Part shown: positions 52,265 through 64,000 of the stretch, in pieces
Layout: each line of letters starts with the position of its first letter
Numbering within the stretch: the first letter of the stretch is position 1
Source of the DNA: Zygnema circumcarinatum SAG 698-1b
Taxonomy: Eukaryota > Plantae > Zygnematophyceae
Length of the DNA: 64,000 nt
NCBI GenBank assembly: GCA_037447605.1
Contig: CM074804.1
Location: forward strand, 7,665,909 to 7,729,908
Direction of reading: 5' to 3'
The notes under the pieces: model-generated
Database searches by the model: none
What the model was told of the DNA's origin: nothing
What the model saw: the letters and a program-made list of their open reading frames with translations, nothing else
Translations under genes and position numbers: made by a program

Positions 52265-53473
52265 AGACCCGTGCGAGAGACCGAGGCACGATTGACTGTT
52301 CGATGGGTTAGCATGGCATTGCTGCCAACCATCTGTAGAAAGTTGTTCCCAATATGTAGAGGACTCGACCAGTAGTAGTTTCCAGGCCGGTGTTTCAAGA
52401 CTTATGAATGGCGACAAGCACAACCCAAAAGGGAGTGGGGCAGGCCTACCACTACGCCCCCCCTGAAAGAGGGCCCTTACGGGGCCATCCATCGCATTGG
52501 TTGTACATAATGGTGTGGTAGGCAGGGGAGTAGTGGAGCGGCTGCAGGTGGGGTGAGTGATATAGTAAGGCGAAGGAAAATTCTTTTGCGCACTGGCTGA
52601 ATGAATGTGGGAGCGACTCGGCACTACGCCTTTTATTGCGTAAGTGAAGTTTTCCATTAATTTGTGGAACGCTCATGCCAGACGGAGTTCAGTCCTCGTG
52701 GGGGAGTTGGAAGGGGGTAAGGTGGGGGAGTAAGCCATGCTGTATGCCACGTGACTTTTTTCTCTTTGTGAGGAACAATTGCTCCTCTAAATTAGCAGTT
52801 TTAAGCTTCCCGTGTGAGTCATGCGTGATCCTCAGTAGGTATTCACTGATTTTGTGCGCTTTGGTTGAGTCCCTTCCCTTCCCTTCCATAATAGAAGAAG
52901 CAGACAGACACTAAGGCTTTCAGAAAGTGCATGAGCCGATGAGAGAGGCCCCTGCATGGAAGCGCCAGAAGCATAAGTTGCATGGGAGGACCCCTTTTCC
53001 TTATACTCCATCTATTGGGGACAATTTCTCTAGCAACGGCTTCTAAAGTTACTTCCAGGATGTTGGTAGCTGTTGCTTAATTCTTAAAGGTAGAATCCCA
53101 TCTAAGCAGTAATTCGAAAATGCGCCTTTGTCATCTGAGCCAATGATGCGGTCTAAATCCTTCCTCTCCCGCTCACTGGGCGCCTTCCTAACCCTTCACT
53201 ATGCATAGCAGCAGGTGCTCAGAGCAGCATTTACGGAACAATGGCATCTGTCTCACATACAACAAGGATGATGCACACGGCTGTAAACCTTCAGATGGCA
53301 ACACGACCACTTGCTACATTACATGTTTACATGTCATAATAATTTTTTGCTTGTTGATTATATGAAATGAGAATTTCCAAAAATAAAAGAGACGGCAAAA
53401 CACCTGAAAGGTAAAACATTCCAACTACGGCACCCCCTTTCTCCCTCTCCCTCTCCCTCTCCCAGCTGTCACG

Positions 53474-56367
53474 TCACGTCTCTCCCTCCCCGGGCAGCAC
53501 CAGCGGCCGCAGGCCTTGCAGCGCCCCTCGAGCCTCCATGAGGTCCGCAAAGGCCTCCCCGCGACCCATCATCTCCTCTATCCACTGCCACGTGGCATCA
53601 GGCCCCTTGCCCAGGCTCAGGAACCGCAGCCGCTGCTTCTTCATCTCCTGTGAAACAATGAGATAAACACATATCCATCATCCGTACATTCACTCTCCCA
53701 TGCATGCGTGCATACATGCATCTGTAATGTTCGGTATATCAATGTGAGTATCTACTGGGTATATGCATTTGTATACATGAGGTCAAAAGAGACTACTAGA
53801 CTGGCGACTGAGGATGGGGGAAACAACTACTAGATGGTCCAAAGAAGTTTGTAAAAGAATGTGCAAAAATAGTGCACGATGAAGGTCTTCCCATGAGAAT
53901 TCCTACAGTACCTGTGATCACTTATGCTTATGAGTGGGAGAGAGAGATGAGAGAGACGGTAAGAGGCGGCAGTTTGAGGCACTTCAAGCTCACCTCGTCT
54001 TCAGCGTAGTCGAGCCATACAGTCGGCCTGTGAGTCCCAAGGCTCATTCTCTCCCTGTGAATTCATCCATGGAGAAAGCAAACTCGGAAGGGTGTTACCC
54101 TTACAACTCGATGGCAATTCTGAAGAACGTTTGTGTGCTTTACAACAAGGCAGGATAGACAATTTTTACAAAGGGACACGCAGTCCTCCCGGAATGCCAT
54201 GTAAACAAAGTCAATGACATAACCAAGATCATTCCTCCATCCCCTACTGCTGCAGGAGAGTTCTCACGATTCATCTTACAATACTCTCACAGCAATATCG
54301 ATAAACAAAATGGGACTTGCACACACCTTGAGGCGAGAATCGACCCATCGACAGATCGATGGTTGCGATACCACGTCCAAACTCTCCCATCCATGAACAA
54401 TGGAATATGGACCGACGCCATACAGCATTCCACGAGATCATCTTTTGATTCGAAATCGTTCACCACTCGCCGCGAGAAGAAGGGGCTCCTGGAATGCGTG
54501 CCCATCCATCGAAGAGCATAGATTCAGTGACTATGGGAATTATCCCTTACTTTTTGTGAATACAGAAATGCCACTTGGGAAGCTTTATTTATCAGGCAAT
54601 GTTGCTGTTATGATTGGGAAACGCTCCCAGATTCCTTTCAAGAGGAGTCCTTTCAGCATTGTCGTGAAGACAACCACTCTGCTTCAGCTCAGGTACTATT
54701 CAGAAGATTAGGAGTAGGTGATCTTGTTCGGCTTAAGGACTATATACTCCCCTTCTTCTCTGAGTGATGCAGAATACATCCTATGGAACATAACATGCCG
54801 GAAGACACACTAGACAATGTGAGTAGAGAGTCTGGAAGCAACACATTATCAATTATCAAAACACTTAAACCCATTCATCAAAGCAGGGACTCTAGTTTGA
54901 GTGGGCATTCGTTCACCTCCGCCGAATGCTTGGGAGGTCGAGAACATGGATGTGAAGCCGATCCGTGCAGCGACTGACGGCATCATCAGGAAGCAGGTCA
55001 TGCAGCCATTGGCGTATTAAGGTACTCCATATTCCCCCCAAACCTGCATCACGGAACCTGCTCGCACCGTAAACCACCTTAGTTTGTCTGCCCATTCAAC
55101 GCCATATCACATTACACAAAATCACATTGCATCTGCCGTAACTTAAACGTACTGAGTTTACAAGTCAAAGTTGCTTAGTTTCTGAAATTGCACAAAATAG
55201 AATCCACAAAGCCTATTCCTGCTGGGTCCGAAGGCTCATGAATCAAATGAAACCGCGGCTGGAGAGGTTAGAAGTCCCATTTCAGTGAGGGTTTTGACTG
55301 ATATACTTTCTTTCAAAAACGAAAAAAAAAACGCCGACTACTTCATCAAGGGTCGTGTGTGATATACAGTCTTTCGCAATGCCGATTACTTCATTAGGGA
55401 TTAGAGAGATACACTATCCTCAGGAACGAAGATTCAAATAAAAAACTGAGCGATACCTGTCGGACGATCCCAGAGATTATTCTGAAGCGAAAGGTTGAAT
55501 GCTGCCTCTGCTGCTTTGCGGCCGTCTACTCCGCAGGCAGAAAGTGTGGCTGCAAGGGCGCCTGCACTCGCCCCAGAGAGGTCCGTTTGGAGGAGATCGT
55601 AATGGCGAGAGAGAGCGGAGACAGCTCCAATCTGCCAATAAAAGAACATTCCTCTGCAAGAAGAAAGCCAGGAATGCAAGAGTCAGGGAATCGTGAAAGA
55701 GGGTTTGAGCATAAGAAACGTCTGTGACAGTTGGATGTTTGGGCTCTGAATGACCGGTTAATGGAAGTTGAATTGCATGCTCCTGCAGATGCTTACCCAT
55801 TTCCTCTGTCAGCCCCCCATCCTTCTTCTCTCTCACCCTTCCCCCCCTCCCCCTCTTTTCTTTTGGCTTTTTATTTGTGGGGAATGATGAATCTATTGCG
55901 TGGGGCTCAAAACGAGGGAAAAGCCCAGATTGAACGCTCCTTTAGCGCACCACTGAACCCTAAATTACAACTCCGACTCACTTCAGGAGACTTTCACAAT
56001 ATCTTAAAAAGAAAGACGGTCTGAATGAGGGGGAACACAAGCACACCTCTCACACTCACCCTCCGGGAAACGCCAAAAGCGGTCGGTCTCCCCCTAAAGC
56101 AGAGGGAAGGAGCAGCGCAGACCCTCCTCTCTCATCGACATCATTCGCTTTAATCGTCCTCTCCCCTGCATTGCGAGCAGCATTTGTGGGCTCTAATCCC
56201 TTGCCGGCAATGCGGCAATTTCTTATCGCTTTGAGTCTTCGCACATTTGGGGCGCCATATTTTAAGCTACTCTTGCAAACTATTCGGTCGCTGGATGGCC
56301 CTACAGCTCTCTGATGGCTCCAAGACGGTGGCAGCCTCCTGAGGGGCGGAGCAGGCAGGGCAGCCAT
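53474..56367 (-). CDS. Patatin-like phospholipase / TAG lipase (PNPLA-like)
   Basis: Oxyanion motif AFPGG|GMFFYWQIG, nucleophile GASAG, CMASVHIPLF, catalytic Asp motif VDGS. Six GT-AG exons in compatible phases. Start codon uncertain. Confidence 0.88.
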
Positions 56368-57442
56368 GGGAGGCTGGAGAGGGAATGAGGCAGAGGGGCT
56401 GAATGGTGTGATAAGGAGAGGGATCTCCTTGAACGCTGTTCCGTGATACGCCGCTGCAACCGTAAAACAGGGTCAAAGAGTCGCAGTGTTTTGGAGCGGA
56501 GCAGCCGCAAGGGGGCTTCCTTGCACTTGGCAACCAGAGTTTTTGCCATGTCCGTGGCTGCTCTCGTTCCTTCCGTGGCCCTTCTCAACATGAGAGGGCA
56601 TCCGATCGATCACAGCAGGGAGGGCCCAATCCATGGAGGCAAGAGCAGCAGCGAGAGGTGGTGCGCCTCTCTGGTTCGCAGTGGCATGGCGAGCTTAGGG
56701 CTTGAGAGCCTCCACCTCAAACAAAACCCTCGTATTAAGTACATTGCACTGAGTAAGAGGCTGCATTATGCATTCAGTTTAGCTAATGCAGACGAGCTGC
56801 TTATCATGACATTGCATAGTAGTGAGGAGGCCCTCCGCTGGTGTTGTTAGCCTTTTAAGGGAGTGAGACGACAGACTCCAAACAGCGGTGCGTCCCTGCA
56901 ATGTAAGAAACTCTGCAAGTTGATTGTGTTCGACTGCTCTTTCTTTCCTGCTGCTCAACAATTATTGCGTGGTACACCCCAGTACCATTACCCTACTTTT
57001 GAAGCAGACAAGTCAACCACTCTTTACGGCAATGTTCAACATCTCGACATGAAAGCTTGGCAGCAACATCACCACTTTGCACAGTCCCTCCCCATCACTG
57101 TAACTCGCAAAAAAACTCCAAATTGGCCCACGATAATTCACACAGCACGTTCCAGTCGCCTCTCGGATTCATTTTCTGTTTGAATTCATGATATTAACAA
57201 TGGAGCTCACGATATTCTTACAAGAGTTCATTCCACGCTGACTGACTGACTGAACCGTTTGGAACACTGACTTTGCCAAGCGGGTGGTCGACCTTCCCAG
57301 AGCCAAGAGGGACAGCTTTGAGGCGAGTGCTGCCGTCGGGCAAAGTGGAGAGAACCTTACAAATGTTCAGTGCAGCCCTCCCTCCCTCCCTCCCTCCCTA
57401 AGTCGCTAGCTATCCCCACAAGCACAGAAATGCAGGTCTTTC

Positions 57443-58869
<1,427 letters not shown>

Positions 58870-59725
58870 GGCTGGAGCCGTCCAGAGCTTCGCAGCTTCC
58901 CTGGAGCTCCAAGGAGTTGGGAGAGCCCTAAAATATCGGACGTACGATATGATACTGTAAATCTTACATGCATCGTATCGAGATGTATCTTATCAGTGTC
59001 GTATTGGGATGTGAAACGTATATCGGATATCGCGATATATTTAGTAGTTCCGTAATTTGTGAAAAGCGATGGGACTGGAACAGAAACTTTGTATAAGGAT
59101 AGGATAAATTTCCAGTTTAACGGGTTCGGGCAAACCGCTACATGGAAGTATGATACAGAAAATGGGCAGGAAGGTTAAGAGATGGCTGACACGGATCCAC
59201 TCTGGCGAACTCTTGCAGGGTTCTCAAAAAATTTATGAACATGTACATCGATATATATTATGAACATTCTTCCTCGGTATCCAACGGAAATTTAGATGTA
59301 CTGATTTCGATTTATTTTGAGCATTGCGCCTGCATGAACCGGATTGCTGACAGGGCTCCACCCTGGCAGGACCACCGCCCTTACCAACGCTGCACACATA
59401 ACGATTTAGTACTGTGCAAAACAACCAATTTGTCACTTTAGGAGGATAGTTTAACTAGCGAACTACGAATTCTGAACTGGATGAACCGCGCGCCAAGATA
59501 GTGCCAGCTTGAGTTTATCCGGTGCGCCCTCCGCTCGGGCATGCCACATCATCAGTTCTCCCTCCCTCTCTCTCTCTCTCTCTCCCACTTTCCCTCCCTC
59601 TCCCCCGCTCTCTCTCTCTCTCTCTCTCCCTCTCTCCCTCTCAAGCGGATATCTGGGGCGGGCTTACTCTTGCGGAGCAGCTGTTGCTATAGATTGGAAG
59701 AAAAGAGGGGAAATATCGTGTCCGG

Positions 59726-62008
59726 ATGGCGTCGGAGCTGCGGATGGTCGGCTCTAGCAACGGCAGCATACATCAGCACATGCTTGCTGTGAGATCAATC
59801 TCCATTGAAATTCGCTTCTTGTCTTGTGATGATGCTGACATATGCGTTCTTGGCATATTTGGAACAAGCATTGTGGGTTGTATCTGTCACAGTACTTGCT
59901 GTACAGGATACTCACACTTGATGATAACCAATATGGTTCGTCGCTGGCAGTTTTTTTGAAGCAATTAAGAGTATTGAGGGGTCCAGCTGCACGTTTGCTT
60001 TGTAGGTTATGTTAGTTGTGCATAGAGAGTTTCAGTGCTGCTTGCGCCTTTGGGATGTTTCACGCAGCGTTTTCAACTGTTTGAATACAATTTCCGTCAT
60101 CCAATTTTCGTCTTTTTTCGCACAGTTTGTATTTCTTCACATGCTTCATTCCAAAGCAAAAAAGCGAATCCATTGGTTACAATGACGTCTTCTAGAGGCG
60201 TAGGATGGGATTGCCATCCTTGACGCGGCAAACAATCAATGCCAGATAGCTTGTCAAGTGGACTGTAGCCTGCTATCTGCTGGTGTTCGTTCTTGCTGCA
60301 TACGGATTGGACTGTTCTGCTGAGTTCAGGTGAAGTTGCAGGTGTGTTTTTTTGGTTACTTCTTGAAATGCTTAAACAAATGCTCTTGTTTGACAAGGTA
60401 AAGGATACTTAGAGCTAAAGTGGAATAATCTTAGTGTACTGTTAACCGACGAGCTTGTTCACATCTGCTTTTCAGGCAGCTTCTGCAGCTTTTCATGGAG
60501 CTGTCCTGTCGTATTTAGTAACATAAACCAATGCAACTTCACGAACAAGTATCCCCGGAAATAGTTAACTGGAACAGTGGGGATGATGGTGGAGCTCTGA
60601 AAAAATAGTTTATACCGATAGAACGTATTACTTTAGCAACCTTATGTAAGGACTAGACTTATCGCATTTGCATGAGGATTCGACTGTTTGTTCGTTCTAG
60701 CCATTTGCAGTCCAATGGCTAGCCTGTCCGATTCCGATTTGGTTAAAGCTAATGTTTAAGTGAAGAATTCGCAGCATTAAAGGAAACTGGGAACTGTTTG
60801 ACTCTAACAGCTTCTGTAACTTGAGTGTTTCGGCCTTTCCTCAGTTCTGCGCCCGTAATTAATGTATGTCTGTACATTTGCAACTTGAATCCCGTCCGTT
60901 GAGAACCTGAATTATCTCATTTTTCTGATTACCTTTCAACTTTCTCCCTATGGTGGCGCAGGCTCCAGGCGCTCCAGCGTCAGAAAACCTGCTGCTAGGG
61001 TTCGAGCCAGCACTTCCTTCCATCAATGTGAAGCTTCTGCAGGCCGTACATGAAGGAGAGGATGACTTTTCGCAGATCGCAGAGGAGCTGAGTAAGGTGG
61101 AAGCACACAACCAGCTGGCAACTGTCATCCAGAAAGGCTATTACCAGGATGTGCAGGCATCTGTGACCAGGCTCAGTGACACAGTGGCTAGGATAAGCAA
61201 GACTAGTGAAGGAGAAGGCTTCTCTTCTGATGACGGTGAGAGCATGTGCACAGCAGCTCGTTCCCTTCGGGACAAGTTAGGGTCATCAAGAATTGCAGTC
61301 GAGCCATCCGCAGCGGATTTTGGAAGTGTGGCATCAGCTCCTGATGATGTAATGAGTGAATACAGCGCATCACATGATGTTGACAGCGTGTACAATAGTG
61401 TTGCAAGCAGCAGATCGATAAGCACTCTAGAGGTTGCGGCTGTCCATTTGGACAAGGGAAAGGCCTTGCTGACGGAGGGTGATAGTACTCAGGGGCATAT
61501 GGATAACAGCTTGACACATGAGGTAGAGGAACACGGCTTTGAGCGAGGGGAGCCCTCACACGAAGTGGAACCATGCATTGAAGTGGACACAGCTGCTGCT
61601 GTAGGGGAAGAAATGTCAGAGGGTGATATTGGGCGGCAGGAGCTGCAGCAACTACATCCCGACGGGAGACAAGAATATGCTCTACAAGAGTGCAGCTTGA
61701 CCTCTGAGGAACGAATTCTCCTGAGGTTGGAGGAGCTGGAGATGAAAGTGGACTTTTTGATGAATCGTGTGCGGAATACCGAATATTGTGTTCCAGGATT
61801 TGTTGTCCTGCGGGTCCCTACCATAGACGCTCTCGTGATGTTGGCACTGACAAGTGCGAATGCTGTGAAGTCAAGGCTTGTGCGTTCCATGGAGTGCTTT
61901 TGGCCGTTGCGGCCCTTTGTGCTGGTGGTCAACACTATGGAGGACCTTTCGTGGGCCTTGTTTAGAAAACTGCCGATTATTGGAGTTCCGGAGAAGCAGT
62001 GGATATAA
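59726..62008 (+). CDS. Hypothetical protein, acidic/Ser-rich with a predicted short coiled coil
   Basis: 352-codon open frame 60950-62008 with an acceptor at about 60961. Possible first exon 59726-~59788 behind a CT-rich leader. No family recognised. Confidence 0.6.
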
Positions 62009-62421
62009 TGCGTTGGGTGGAAGGCTTCAAAGGCAAAGGCTTCATTGCAGCAAGGGAGAGGGTAACATTTAGTTGCAGAGATTTATCAGGCCACTGTTGC
62101 CTCCCCTCTCCCTCGTGCACCTTCTCTTTGTATATAAACTGCGGCTGAGAAGTCGAGCCATCGAGATTGAAGTCATGGGTCGCGGAAGTCAGGCGACTCA
62201 ACTTCACTGTATGTATGGGATTCTGTGTATGTGGTAGTTCTTATCGTCTCTCTCTGCTGGAGACTGCCGGGCAGACCGGTGGCTGTATAGAGCTGCAGAT
62301 TACGGGGCAAACGGCTGCAGGTGGCAGAGGAGAGCTCAGGATTGGAATGCAGAAGCAGGTAGAGATCATGTCTTTTTTATGTGGCTTAATACATGAGTTT
62401 GCTTTAAGCGGGGGGGGGGGG

Positions 62422-62518
62422 GTGGCATTGATCTCACGATGGCGATACCATCAAATGTACAAAATGGACAAAATCATCATGGGGAACCACAAAGAACTGG
62501 TCGCAAAGGACCGAAGGA
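62422..62518 (+). repeat. Dispersed ~100-bp hairpin element, copy
   Basis: GGGGAACCACAAAGAACTGGTCGCAAAGGACC matches the 40961-41063 copy at 30/32 nt. 5' part matches the 46328 copy. Confidence 0.85.
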
Positions 62519-62729
62519 GAAAATGAAAAAAGCGAGGAGCTGAAAACTACGTTACGAATTAAACCTTATTATTGTTATTTTTTATTAATTAATAACTCTC
62601 CCTTAATTAATTAAGTGAGAGTTTCGTTGTTAAGTAGGCTTAACAACGTAACTGTCCCTCGAAGCAGTCGTGAAGGTCGCCGATGAAGCAGTCGTGAAGG
62701 TCGCCGATGTGCGGCACATCGCACGGTCA

Positions 62730-63460
62730 TCAACAATCGCAGCACGCGTAGAAGCGAGGCAACGCTGAAGGCCGACGGGAATGCGCTGTCGATAAAAAGT
62801 AGCGAGGATCGTCGGAGGAGGAGAGGAGGGCTTCGCATCTCAAGGAGCGATGGGCGCACAGGGCGGCATCCAAACGGGCGTCGAGGCGGAGGCACCCACA
62901 AATCGCAACAGCCATAGGACTGCTCCGACGTCACGTCACGTCACGTCACGTCACACTACGTCACGTCACGGTAAGCAATGGGCATACGCGCGAGCAGCCC
63001 CGCCCTCATGGAGCGCTGCACGCGACGATAAATCGCGACGGGTCGGATCGGCCAACACAACATCCTCGACAAGGCGCGGGCATTGCCCATGAGGGAGGGA
63101 GGGAGGGAGGGAGGGAGGGCCAAATCAGGCCGAACTCCGCGCTCGCCACGAACAGTCGGTCGGTCGAGGGGGCACAATGTGGCCCGGTTCGCGGCGCACA
63201 AGAAAACTGATCTCTTGAGCCAATGTAGCACAACATCATGAGCCAAAATGCGTTCACCGCCGTGCGCGCATCGAAGATGATGGACGCCCTCCTGCCCATC
63301 GATCGAATCACCACAAACACAGCTAGGAGCACCCTGCAATGGGGGGTGGGGGAGCCCGAGGTGAATTCGCGCTGCAAGCTGAAACTGGCTCGGGGTAAAA
63401 ACGAAGGTTGGAGGGGCGCGGTGGATGCAGGTGTCGTCTGTAGTCAATCGAGGGACTGAT
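62730..63460 (-). mobile_element. Decayed 3' fragment of an RLE-type (CRE/R2-like) non-LTR retrotransposon
   Basis: FQLAARIHLGLPHP..CVCG..GVHHLRCAHGGERILAHDVV (zinc knuckle plus RHD-like motif), RPDLAL, then in shifted frames DVVLADPTRRDL, PMAVAICGCL, FYRQRIPVGLQR. No RT domain in view. Confidence 0.8.
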
Positions 63461-63686
63461 GGAATGACGGCTACGGCATGTCTGAGCTCGTGGTTTGCAT
63501 GCGCTGTTGGAATTGCACATGATGTCCGCTTTGCAGGAAAGGCAAAGGGGGGATTGGCCTCGTGCACTCTCTCATGCATTTGCAAAGTATGTTTTTTTTT
63601 TTTTTTTGAAGTAGCGATGTTCATGGGACCGCCATGAGCACGTGATGTGGGCTTCATTTCTTCTGTATAATTCGCGACCTTTGTGG

Positions 63687-63732
63687 GCTGCCCGGTCAAT
63701 CTTTTGCTGCCCGGTCAATCTTTTGCTGCCCG
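63687..63732 (+). repeat. 19-bp tandem repeat x2.4
   Basis: GCTGCCCGGTCAATCTTTT twice plus GCTGCCCG. Shares the GCTGCCCGG core with the 5.2-5.7 kb repeats. Confidence 0.85.
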
Positions 63733-64000
63733 TTTGCTACCGGTTGGAGAATCACGCTCAATAACCAGCACCAAAATGGACAAGAAAAGGAAAGGAGCAA
63801 AAAAAAGGGGGGGCGGAGGACAAAAAAACTTACATTGTCCATCGCATTCTTTCGTTCAAAGCTAAGTCTGCAACAAAAAAATTTATACTGTAAAGCTTAA
63901 AATCCAAAAGCTGCTTGAACAGCTTGCTTCCCGGCTTTCCCCCCTACCTTCTCTTGCATGCCTCTCCCCCTCCCCCTCCCTCCAAAAAAACGCTTTTTTT

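Overview
A gene-dense, intron-rich eukaryotic nuclear window, most likely from a non-angiosperm streptophyte (charophyte alga or bryophyte). This is inferred from a nuclear plastid-type MurF occurring with plant-type LEUNIG, SDH6, NEMP and SIEL/INTS4 sequence. Gene models were spliced by hand. In order: 3' part of a RIN13-like Cys/His protein (+), a 2.8-kb G3-hexamer array that switches strand, a palindrome-rich repeat block, F-box/LRR protein (-), MurF (+), Cpn10 (-), tRNA-Asn(GTT) (+), SppA protease (+), NEMP-family protein (-), an isolated INTS4/SIEL C-terminal ORF (-), LEUNIG-like corepressor with a 94-codon polyQ tract (-), CDPK/PEPRK-like kinase without EF hands (+), BSD-domain protein (+), patatin-like lipase (-), SDH6-like subunit (-), an unidentified protein (+), and a decayed RLE-type non-LTR retrotransposon 3' fragment (-). 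The least explained signals are: (i) the intact INTS4 C-terminal ORF with no room for its N-terminal exons directly behind LEUNIG; (ii) dense GTAC/CCGTAC clusters upstream of several genes, linked to a dispersed ~100-bp hairpin element; (iii) splice acceptors with purine-rich rather than pyrimidine tracts; (iv) the telomere-like inverted array. No database searches were run, so all identities come from motif recognition. I cannot claim a demonstrably new system.
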